This document shows, in pieces, positions 56,107 through 64,000 of a DNA stretch of 64,000 bases (the stretch's first letter is position 1; the number at the start of each line of letters is the position of its first letter). The position numbers were made by a program, and so were the translations under genes. The DNA comes from Bacteroidales bacterium (GTDB lineage Bacteria > Bacteroidota > Bacteroidia > Bacteroidales > Tenuifilaceae), in NCBI GenBank assembly GCA_003818205.1, contig RPRQ01000022.1:71-64070 (forward strand). Reading direction: 5' to 3'. The notes beneath the pieces were generated by a model. It had not been told where the DNA came from. It searched no databases and saw only the letters and a program-made list of their open reading frames with translations.

Positions 56107-57933
56107 ATGGGAAATCCTTTTAATATTCTTGCTTTTCCTAAAAGAAAAAGTATTCTTATACTTTTGTCAATTATCCTTATATCATTTTCATTTACCTCAG
56201 AAATCTTTGCCCAAAAAGGGTTAACTTGCTTTGTGAAGCTAATTGTACGTAAAAGTGATTCCAGCGGAGCAAAGATTGTTTTATCAAAAAATGGAACTAC
56301 AGTTCAAGAGGTTTTCGCCAAAAAAAGCGGTCGTTTCGAGGTTGTACTTGAATATGGTAGTGTTTTTATCCTCTCATTCGAGAAAAAAGGGTTTGTTTCA
56401 AAGAAAATTGAAATTAATACTACCGTACCTGACCTATTTCCAAAGGATGTAGAGAATATAAAAGATTTTGATGTTGAAATCTTTCCACAAAAAGATGGTG
56501 TAAACGTAATGGTTTATAACAATCCGGTAGGAAAAATTAGATACGAAGAGGCAACAGGCGATTTTGGCTACGATACCGATTACTCGGCTACCATTAAAAA
56601 GCAGATCGATCAGGTTGATAAGGACATGGCTCAAAAGGAGAAGGAGCAGGAGAAGCAAGAAAAAAAGAAGATTGATGATGCTAATAAAGAGAAACTTTTA
56701 GCTGAGGCAAGCCTAAGAAAGGAAGAAACTGAAAAAAAGAAAAAAGCCGAGGAGGAGCAGAAGCAGAAGGAGATAGTACAGCAAAAAGCCATTGCAGAAG
56801 CAAAATTGCTTGCAGAAGTTAAAAAGAAAGAGGAGCAGAAGAAACAAGAGCTTGAGCTAAAGCAAAAGGCTGAGGAGGATGCAAAGAAAAAGGTCGAGGA
56901 GGAGACCCGTTTAAAGGAAGAGGCTCGTAAAAAGGAAGAGGCACGGATAAAGGAAGAGAATGAGAAGCGTATGCTTGCTGAACAAGAAAAGAAGAGAATA
57001 GATGAGGAGAATAAGCTGAAAGAGCAGGAAAAACTTAAAAAAGAGCTGGAAGTAAGACTAGCCGCTGAAACGAAGCTAAAGGAAGAAGCAAAGCAAAGGG
57101 AGCTAGAGCAAAGGAAAAAAGCAGAAGAGGAGGCACGATTAAAAGCCGAAACCGAAGCGAAGCAGAAAGAAGAAGCTATTAAGAGGGCGGAAGAGCTGAA
57201 GAAGAAAACCGAAGAGGAAGTTCGTCTAAAAGCAGAGCAGGAAGCGTTACTAATGGCTGAGAAGAAGAAGCTCGATGAGGAACGGATTAAGGCTGAAAAT
57301 CAGAAAATTCAGCAGGAAAAAAATGAAAGACTTCGGATTGAGCAGGAGAATAAAATAAAAGAGCAGGAGCGGCTAGATAAAGAAGCGGAGGAACGACGAT
57401 TGGCTGAACTAAAGCTTAAAGAAGAAAATCAGAAAAAGATTGAGGAGTCTAGAAAGCAAGCTGAGGAGCTAGCTCTGGTTAAAGCTGCTGAGGAGTCGAA
57501 AAGGGCTGATGAACAGAAAAGAATCGAAAGGGAACGTTTGGAGAAGGAGGATGAGGAACGAAAGGTTCTTGAAGAGAAACGTTTAAGGGAAAAAGAGGAA
57601 ACCGAAAAGAATGAAAAGGAAAGAATGAAGAAGGAGGATGAAGAACGAAAATTGAAGATTATTTCAGAAAAAATTGTTAACGATAGAAAGTATCAGGAAG
57701 CAAAAGATGAAGTATTTAAGGTGATTCCACCTGAAGAGCTTGCTAAAAAGTATTCGAATGAACGCTCCGATGAGGTCACTAAGCTGAAAAGGCTAACCAT
57801 TACCAGAACAGTATTCAACCGAAATAAAGCTCTTACCTTTTATACGAAGGTTGAGCACATATATGGCGGTGTTTACTACTTCAAGGATGCATTCGATATT
57901 TCAGAATGGCAATACAAGAATGATACAAAATAG
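56107..57933 (+). CDS. Membrane-anchored protein with a ~340-aa E/K/R-rich single-alpha-helix-like region
   Basis: An N-terminal hydrophobic anchor is followed by a beta-sandwich-like domain (KIVLSKNGTTVQEVFAKKSGRFEVVLEYGSVFILSFEKKGF). Residues ~175-515 are almost purely E/K/R/A/Q. A ~90-aa C-terminal domain follows. Confidence 0.6.
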   Translation: MGNPFNILAFPKRKSILILLSIILISFSFTSEIFAQKGLTCFVKLIVRKSDSSGAKIVLSKNGTTVQEVFAKKSGRFEVVLEYGSVFILSFEKKGFVSKKIEINTTVPDLFPKDVENIKDFDVEIFPQKDGVNVMVYNNPVGKIRYEEATGDFGYDTDYSATIKKQIDQVDKDMAQKEKEQEKQEKKKIDDANKEKLLAEASLRKEETEKKKKAEEEQKQKEIVQQKAIAEAKLLAEVKKKEEQKKQELELKQKAEEDAKKKVEEETRLKEEARKKEEARIKEENEKRMLAEQEKKRIDEENKLKEQEKLKKELEVRLAAETKLKEEAKQRELEQRKKAEEEARLKAETEAKQKEEAIKRAEELKKKTEEEVRLKAEQEALLMAEKKKLDEERIKAENQKIQQEKNERLRIEQENKIKEQERLDKEAEERRLAELKLKEENQKKIEESRKQAEELALVKAAEESKRADEQKRIERERLEKEDEERKVLEEKRLREKEETEKNEKERMKKEDEERKLKIISEKIVNDRKYQEAKDEVFKVIPPEELAKKYSNERSDEVTKLKRLTITRTVFNRNKALTFYTKVEHIYGGVYYFKDAFDISEWQYKNDTK

Positions 57934-57959
57934 CATCATTACATTTCCCCTATTCTCCT

Positions 57960-60011
57960 ATGAAGCAATTTATTACCGCTTGTCCGCGAAATTGCTATAG
58001 CACCTGTAGTTTTAAGGTTTTTGTCGATAATGGAGTCGTTGTTAATATCGAACCACTATCGGAGAATAAAGCCACCCCTGAGGGTATCTGCTTAAAGGGT
58101 TTAAGCTATATTGAACGGGCTAACTCTCCCGAACGAATATTGTACCCCCATAAAAAGAATAAGAATGGCTCCTTCTCCCGTATCACATGGGACGAGGCTC
58201 TCGATACCATTGCCCAAAAGTTGAACTACTTTAAAAAAGAGTTTGGCCCTCAAAGTGTTCTTTTTTACGCTGCTAGCGGTATGTCGGGACTTCTCAACGA
58301 TTTCAGCGGAACGTTCTGGAAGGAGATATATGGTGGCGCAACGAGGGTGTATGGGAACTTATGCTGGCCTGCAGGGCTTGAGGCAACCCGATTGACCCTT
58401 GGTGAGAATAAGCACAATGCTCCTTGGGATTTGGAGAATGCCAAGCTTATCATTCTTTGGGGTAAAAACTCAGCCGAAAGCAATATACAGGAGATGATTC
58501 CTCTTGGAAAAGCTCTGGATGATGGTGGCAAGCTAATCGTTATCGATCCCCGTCGAACGGAATCAACCCAACGTGCTGAAATTCTTGCTCAGCCATTACC
58601 CGCAACCGATGGAGCCTTAGCCTTAGCTATAGCGAACGTGCTAATCGAAAACGATTGGATTGATCACGATTTTATCGAAAAATACGTTTTGGGTTACGAT
58701 CAGTTTAAGGAAAGCGTTAAGAGCTGTACACCCAAATGGGCATCCGAAATCTCAAGCGTTCCAGAGGATTTTATCCGAACAATGGCATGGATGATTGGCA
58801 ATATCAAACCCATGACCCTTATCCCTGGCTACGGTATGCAGCGTTACTCCAATGGAGGTCAAACCACAAGATGCTTACTCGCTTTATCGGTACTAACAGG
58901 GAATATCGGAAAGGCCGGTGCCTGCTGGCACTATGCAAATCTTCAGAGCTATGTTTTTGACGATCTGCTCGAACCGCTCTGCTACTACCCACCCGAAATA
59001 CCCGATGGCATCATCCGTCGAGAGGTTTCAACAGCTAGGCTTGGCGAGGATATGCTTGCACAGACCAATCCACCTTTAAAGATGATTTGGGTAGAACGGG
59101 GAAACCCCGTTACTCAAAACCCCGATACCAATAGTGTACTGAGAGCCTTTAACGCACTTGATTTTAGAGTGGTAGTTGAACAATTTTTCACCGATACTGC
59201 ACTTGAAGCAGATATTGTATTGCCTGCTAAAAATATGTTTGAGCAAACCGATATTATCGGGTCGTACTGGAATCCTTACGTTCAGCTACGCCAAAAGGTG
59301 GTTGAACCTGCTGGGGAGGTTAAACCTGAAACAGAGATATACTATTTACTCGCCCAAAGGATGGGGTTCTCGGAGGAACAACTCGATAGTATTCTTTTAC
59401 CTCCGGGCGAAGAGGCTGTAATAAATTACCTGAACGAAAGGTTAAAACCATTCCCTTCGTTAACCATTGAAAGGCTTAAAGAAGGACCTGTTCTAGCACC
59501 GAATTTACAGGAAATAGCCTTTTCCGATTATATTTTTAGAACCCCATCGGGTAAGATTGAGCTAAACTCCAACGAAGCATTCGATAAATGGGGAGCAAAT
59601 CCACTACCAACCTATGAAAAAGGGGCTGAAGCGAATAGTGCATTCGACGATCAGTATCCGCTTTACCTAATGAGCCCAAACTCCAAGAACCGTATTCATT
59701 CTCAGTTTAGTAATTTGAAGATTATCAGAATGATCAGCGGTGAACCTACGCTTCAGATTAACCCAAGTAATGCATTTGAAAGACAAATAGTTAACGGTGA
59801 TTTAGTGAGAGTATTCAATGGGAGGGGGGCGTTGATTATTAAAGCCGATGTTTCCTATCAGGTTAGGGTTGGCTGTGTTGTTATCCCAAATGGGTGGTGG
59901 AAAAGCCAAGGTGGTGCTATTAATGCCTTATCAAAGGGACGAGAAACCGATATGGGGCATGGTACAGCATTTCACGATAACAAGGTTCAGGTTGAAAAGT
60001 ATTCTAAATAA
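57960..60011 (+). CDS. Molybdopterin oxidoreductase catalytic subunit (DMSO-reductase superfamily) without a Tat signal
   Basis: The N-terminal FeS motif is CPRNCYSTC..(27)..C starting at residue 8, and no RR leader is present. The MopB and C-terminal barrel regions are present. Confidence 0.8.
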   Translation: MKQFITACPRNCYSTCSFKVFVDNGVVVNIEPLSENKATPEGICLKGLSYIERANSPERILYPHKKNKNGSFSRITWDEALDTIAQKLNYFKKEFGPQSVLFYAASGMSGLLNDFSGTFWKEIYGGATRVYGNLCWPAGLEATRLTLGENKHNAPWDLENAKLIILWGKNSAESNIQEMIPLGKALDDGGKLIVIDPRRTESTQRAEILAQPLPATDGALALAIANVLIENDWIDHDFIEKYVLGYDQFKESVKSCTPKWASEISSVPEDFIRTMAWMIGNIKPMTLIPGYGMQRYSNGGQTTRCLLALSVLTGNIGKAGACWHYANLQSYVFDDLLEPLCYYPPEIPDGIIRREVSTARLGEDMLAQTNPPLKMIWVERGNPVTQNPDTNSVLRAFNALDFRVVVEQFFTDTALEADIVLPAKNMFEQTDIIGSYWNPYVQLRQKVVEPAGEVKPETEIYYLLAQRMGFSEEQLDSILLPPGEEAVINYLNERLKPFPSLTIERLKEGPVLAPNLQEIAFSDYIFRTPSGKIELNSNEAFDKWGANPLPTYEKGAEANSAFDDQYPLYLMSPNSKNRIHSQFSNLKIIRMISGEPTLQINPSNAFERQIVNGDLVRVFNGRGALIIKADVSYQVRVGCVVIPNGWWKSQGGAINALSKGRETDMGHGTAFHDNKVQVEKYSK

Positions 60012-60016
60012 TTGCC

Positions 60017-61363
60017 ATGAAGGATAAGGGGTTTATTTTCGACTATTCAAAATGCGTTGGCTGCCATGCCTGCATTGTAGGATGTTACAATGAGAATAGA
60101 ACCAACCCTCCTATAGCCTGGCGTCAGGTGAATGCATTGAATGATAAGAAAATACCATTAGCGGGTTTCCTTAACCTGTCAATCGCATGCAACCATTGCA
60201 TCGAAGCACCATGCCTAAAGGCTTGTCCCGCAAAAGCCTACTCCAGAGATGGAATTACAGGGGCTGTCATCCATCAACCTGAAAAGTGCATTGGGTGTAA
60301 GTATTGTACCTGGGCATGCCCTTATGATGCCCCAAAGTATAATCCCCAAAAGGGTATTGTCGAAAAATGCCATTTATGCAATCATCTTATCATCAAAGGG
60401 CATAAACCTGCCTGCGCAAACCAATGCCCAACGGGTGCCTTATCGTTCGGTTTTATCGACAATACAAACCAACCTCAACCCTTTGGAATACCTAAAACAA
60501 AATATCAGCCAAGGATAAAAACTTTACATTCAAACATTATGAATAGCATTCCCGAAATGGATTTAAGCGTTTCGGGGTATAGTCAAAAGCACCTTGCAAC
60601 CAATAAATCGAATGATAAGATTAATGCATTCGAAGAGTGGCCCCTGATTATATTTACATTCTTATTTTCATTCCTCTCAGGGTGGATTGTATCTTTTAAA
60701 CAGGAAAGCCCATTAGTTCAGAAGGTGCTATTCATATCTCTAGGTTTTATAGGTATTCTCCTAAGCGCTTTCCACCTCGGAAAACCATTCCGAGCACCCC
60801 GTTCGATTACTAATTTGAAAACAAGCTGGTTAAGCCGCGAAATACTTTTTAGCGGGCTATTTATTTCATCATCAATATTTTACTTTTTTATCATCAATTC
60901 TATCTTATTTCTTTTAATCACCTCATTATTAGGCTTATTGCTATTGCTGTCAGTAGAAATGGTTTACTCAATACCCGAAAAAAAGTATGTGACTCCGCTA
61001 CATAGCTCCAATACTATTATTACCGCTCTGATGTTTGGGCTTTACTTTAGCGGACTATTCAAGTTGCTTGTAGGGGTAATCGTGCTAAAAGCTATACTCT
61101 ACTTAGTTCGAAAGAAAGATATTGATAACCACCTAAGCCCCATGCAGGCGATTTGTTTAACCATAAGGTTTTTAGTTGGTTTAATGCTACCATTATCAGT
61201 AATATTGCTATCGAATCCGATTAAACTAGAATTTATTATATACTGCTTACTGATTGGCGAATTGATCGATAGATATGAATTTTATGACGATTTGTATATC
61301 AACTCCCCATCAAGAATGTTGGATCAAACCCTAAAAAATAAACTTAATTGTATAACAGAATAG
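60017..61363 (+). CDS. Fusion of a four-cluster ferredoxin (DmsB-like) with an ~8-TM DmsC/NrfD-like anchor
   Basis: The cluster motifs are CVGCHACIVGC, CNHCIEAPCLKACP, CIGCKYCTWACP and CHLCNH..CANQCP. About 8 hydrophobic helices follow from residue ~205. Confidence 0.7.
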   Translation: MKDKGFIFDYSKCVGCHACIVGCYNENRTNPPIAWRQVNALNDKKIPLAGFLNLSIACNHCIEAPCLKACPAKAYSRDGITGAVIHQPEKCIGCKYCTWACPYDAPKYNPQKGIVEKCHLCNHLIIKGHKPACANQCPTGALSFGFIDNTNQPQPFGIPKTKYQPRIKTLHSNIMNSIPEMDLSVSGYSQKHLATNKSNDKINAFEEWPLIIFTFLFSFLSGWIVSFKQESPLVQKVLFISLGFIGILLSAFHLGKPFRAPRSITNLKTSWLSREILFSGLFISSSIFYFFIINSILFLLITSLLGLLLLLSVEMVYSIPEKKYVTPLHSSNTIITALMFGLYFSGLFKLLVGVIVLKAILYLVRKKDIDNHLSPMQAICLTIRFLVGLMLPLSVILLSNPIKLEFIIYCLLIGELIDRYEFYDDLYINSPSRMLDQTLKNKLNCITE

Positions 61364-61389
61364 TCATTTAGATTAATCAGAGGTATTCT

Positions 61390-61755
61390 ATGGTTTTGCA
61401 TATCACAACTTACAAAGAATGGGAGAAAGCTCAGCAGGAAGGCGAATATACTGCACCCTCCCTTAAATCAGAAGGATTTATTCATTGTTCAACAATAAAA
61501 CAGGCTGTAGATACGGCAAATATATTCTTTCGAGGACAAAATGGATTAGCTCTGCTTTGTATTGATGAAAATCAATTAGAATCCATATGCAAATATGAAC
61601 CACCAGCTGCTGGTGGTCAACAGAATCCAAGTGTTGGTAATCTATTTCCGCATATATATGGTCCAATCAACGTATCTGCTGTGGTAAAAGTAGTTGATTT
61701 CCCTACAAATGAAAATGGCTTTTTTGTACTACCCGAGGAGGTGCTTAACCTCTGA
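61390..61755 (+). CDS. DUF952 protein
   Basis: W.KAQ..G.Y....L..EGFIHCST and LFPHIYGPIN are present. Confidence 0.7.
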   Translation: MVLHITTYKEWEKAQQEGEYTAPSLKSEGFIHCSTIKQAVDTANIFFRGQNGLALLCIDENQLESICKYEPPAAGGQQNPSVGNLFPHIYGPINVSAVVKVVDFPTNENGFFVLPEEVLNL

Positions 61756-61760
61756 AAAAG

Positions 61761-62019
61761 GATATTACAGATCATTATTAACCGAGAAAAAATCTAATTT
61801 TAAAAGGTCGCAGCAATGCTACTTCTAGCTAAAATATAATCGTCTATTCTACAAATAGTTCGCAGCAATGCTGCTTTTTAAAGTCGCATAGCGATGACCT
61901 ATTTGTTGTAATTTTCATTAAAACGAAATCCAAGCCCCATTGGGGGCGACCTATACATTGTATGTAGTAATATCAAGTATTTCATGAATTTATAATATTT
62001 TAGTCGGTTAGTAGTGATT
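61761..62019. mobile_element. MITE-like repeat, copy C (complete, about 259 bp, no nested palindrome)
   Basis: The termini are atcattattaaccgag and the reverse complement of tagtcggttagtagtgat. It is collinear with copy B except for the missing cctgcc..ggcagg block. Confidence 0.65.
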
Positions 62020-62334
62020 ACCGATAAATATTTAGTGAATAAGAAATAGTTTATTGAAGGTTGGTTGTTCGGTTTAAACACCCCAACATCGTTTGTTAAG
62101 AAATTGTTAAATACACCAAAGTATAAGCATTTTTATTTTATGTTCTAAACGTATTGAGGACAAGCTTTTAATCGGCTCAAACACATTAATTAAACATAAA
62201 ATTTGTTGATTCGGCATCATTTTTTGAGCAACTCACCAAAAGGATTACTTTTGATGTTTGATAATCATCCCAATATTTATAAATTTGTTTCTCAAAGAAA
62301 TTCAAATTTTCATAGCATCTAATCAGAAAAAACC

Positions 62335-62721
62335 ATGGACGTTATTAGCATTAAAGGAACTCAGGAAACACCAGAAGTATTGCTCGATAGCAGTAGGGGG
62401 ATTTTTGAATTGTCTGGCAAATCTTTACCCGAAGATGTAAAAGAGTTCTATAACCCCATACTCAAATGGTTTGATGAGTATTCGAAAAATCCGAATTCCT
62501 CTACAATCCTTAAAATAAAGATGGACTACTTTAATACTGCTTCATCAAAAATGATTCTCGAACTTTTCGAAGTGGTAAAAAAAGTTCATTCTGGTGGTCA
62601 CGAAACCATTGTTGAATGGTACTATCAGGAGGATGATGAGGATATGCAGGATGCTGGTCAGGATTATTCTGATTTAATTGAGATGCCCTTCAAGCTCATA
62701 AGCTACCAATCGGTCCGATAG
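62335..62721 (+). CDS. SiaC-family / DUF1987 protein, tandem paralogue 1
   Basis: GKSLPEDVKEFYNPILKWFDEYS, KMDYFNTASSKMILELF and WYYQEDDEDM are present. Confidence 0.75.
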   Translation: MDVISIKGTQETPEVLLDSSRGIFELSGKSLPEDVKEFYNPILKWFDEYSKNPNSSTILKIKMDYFNTASSKMILELFEVVKKVHSGGHETIVEWYYQEDDEDMQDAGQDYSDLIEMPFKLISYQSVR

Positions 62722-62784
62722 CACTATATTTTCAATGAACCATATTAATTTGGTATTCAATGATTTCAAATTATATATAAGCTA

Positions 62785-63162
62785 ATGGATAATCTTCTCG
62801 TTGAAGCAACTGATATTACCCCTAGGATTGAATTCAGCAAACATACTAATACGTTTAAAATAATAGGTAAATCACTACCTGAGGATGTTAAAAATTTTTA
62901 TAACCCTATAATTCAGTGGTTTGATACCTATTCGTCGCAACCAAACCCTGAAACACATCTTATCCTTGAGTTTGAGTACTTCAACACATCATCATCAAAG
63001 ATGATCCTTATTCTCTTAAACAAACTACGCGATATTCATCGAAGAGGATTTAAGGTTTTGGTTACCTGGTCCTATCCTTCGCACGATGCTGAAATTGAAG
63101 AGGCCGGTGAAGAACTTGAAGAATTGTTAAATATTCCGTTTCAATTTATAGCAAAAGATTAA
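62785..63162 (+). CDS. SiaC-family / DUF1987 protein, tandem paralogue 2
   Basis: GKSLPEDVKNFYNPIIQWFDTYS and EFEYFNTSSSKMILILL are present. Confidence 0.75.
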   Translation: MDNLLVEATDITPRIEFSKHTNTFKIIGKSLPEDVKNFYNPIIQWFDTYSSQPNPETHLILEFEYFNTSSSKMILILLNKLRDIHRRGFKVLVTWSYPSHDAEIEEAGEELEELLNIPFQFIAKD

Positions 63163-63224
63163 TATTTTTATTGTTATTTTTGTAATAATCACTATATTTA
63201 GAATTCAGTTTTTATTAAATAATT

Positions 63225-63626
63225 ATGGAAAAATTAGTTCTATCAGAAACAAAGGATTCACCTAGCGTTCTTCTAGATCCTAAAACAAATATTTTTAGCA
63301 TTGCTGGTGTATGCCACCCTGAGAATGTAACAAAGTTTTATGAGCCAATAATTGACTGGATTGAAAAGTACAAAGCAGAAGTCAAGGTTACAAAAAACTC
63401 GAAGCCAATCGAACTCTCCCTGTTTTTTAAGTATATTAACTCTGCATCTTATAAGTATTTACTTACTTTTCTCCAGCTTATCGAAGGGTTTACAACAATT
63501 GGAATGCCCGTGAACGTTATTTGGTATTATGAGCCCGACGATGTTGATATGCACGAGGCAGGTGTTGAAATTTTCGACTTTTCAGGTGTGAAGCTACCCT
63601 ATGTTTGTAAGGTAAAAGCTGATTAA
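63225..63626 (+). CDS. SiaC-family / DUF1987 protein, tandem paralogue 3 (divergent)
   Basis: FYEPIIDWIEKY and WYYEPDDVDM are present. FFKYINSASYKYLLTFL replaces the YFNTSSS segment. Confidence 0.65.
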   Translation: MEKLVLSETKDSPSVLLDPKTNIFSIAGVCHPENVTKFYEPIIDWIEKYKAEVKVTKNSKPIELSLFFKYINSASYKYLLTFLQLIEGFTTIGMPVNVIWYYEPDDVDMHEAGVEIFDFSGVKLPYVCKVKAD

Positions 63627-63649
63627 AACAGATACTAAGCAATAATTGA

Positions 63650-63680
63650 AAAAGCAGCCTTTTCCGGCTGCTTTTCTTTT
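63650..63680. terminator. Bidirectional hairpin terminator between the DUF1987 genes and the tRNA genes
   Basis: It reads aaaagcagcc ttttcc ggctgctttt, with A- and T-runs on both sides. Confidence 0.7.
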
Positions 63681-63681
63681 G

Positions 63682-63754
63682 TGATCCAGCTGGGATTCGA
63701 ACCCAGGACCCCATCCTTAAAAGGGATGTGCTCTACCAACTGAGCTACTGAATC
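63682..63754 (-). tRNA. tRNA-Lys (anticodon UUU)
   Basis: The reverse complement reads GATTCAGTAGCTCAGTTGGTAGAGCACATCCCTTTTAAGGATGGGGTCCTGGGTTCGAATCCCAGCTGGATCA. It has a 7-bp acceptor stem, anticodon stem CATCC/GGATG, loop CTTTTAA and T-loop TTCGAAT. Confidence 0.9.
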
Positions 63755-63775
63755 GATAGGATTTCGTTTCTTTCG

Positions 63776-63848
63776 TGATCCAGCTGGGATTCGAACCCAG
63801 GACCCCATCCTTAAAAGGGATGTGCTCTACCAACTGAGCTACTGAATC
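63776..63848 (-). tRNA. tRNA-Lys (anticodon UUU), second tandem copy
   Basis: Its sequence is identical to 63682-63754 as far as I can read. Confidence 0.9.
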
Positions 63849-64000
63849 AATCTGTCAACAAAAAAAAAGGACTTCCTACCGTCCCAACGATCTTTTACGA
63901 TCAATTCCTTTTTTCAAAGGTGCGGCAAAATTACTAATATTATTTATGCCACCAAATATTTTTTAAAAAAACTAACCCTTACTTTCTATATGATTTTCAT

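Overview
This is an AT-rich, Bacteroidota-like chromosomal segment. The assignment rests on TAnnTTTG-type promoter boxes, lipoprotein signal peptides, a TolC-HlyD-ABC2 efflux operon, DUF5916 and head-GIN proteins, and anaerobe enzymes. Nothing was computed; all calls come from reading the supplied translations and the DNA.

Core and housekeeping content:
- prfC
- a leuA(short)-leuC-leuD-leuB operon
- ltaE, msrB, sodC, nudC and namA
- a TetR/TolC/HlyD/ABC efflux locus
- a Mo-oxidoreductase pair
- two tandem tRNA-Lys(UUU) genes

Accessory or unusual content:
1. An orphan glycyl-radical enzyme (GRE) locus (activase, 946-aa GRE, secreted metallophosphoesterase, aldehyde:ferredoxin oxidoreductase). 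I consider this the best candidate for an undescribed pathway.
2. A SiaA/SiaB/SiaC-like partner-switching module with no diguanylate cyclase. It has an extra response-regulator-PP2C gene nearby, and three more tandem SiaC/DUF1987 paralogues lie at the far end of the window.
3. An AT-rich three-gene cassette inserted inside that locus. It reads as a toxin-antitoxin-SecB-like chaperone (TAC) system.
4. A low-GC island of small same-strand genes, including a 489-aa protein with a C-terminal PD-(D/E)xK-like motif.
5. A very dense population of intergenic palindromic and MITE-like repeats. One GC-rich CCTGCC...GGCAGG palindrome is repeatedly found nested at the apex of other hairpin elements.

No CRISPR array, rRNA, transposase, integrase or reverse transcriptase was seen.
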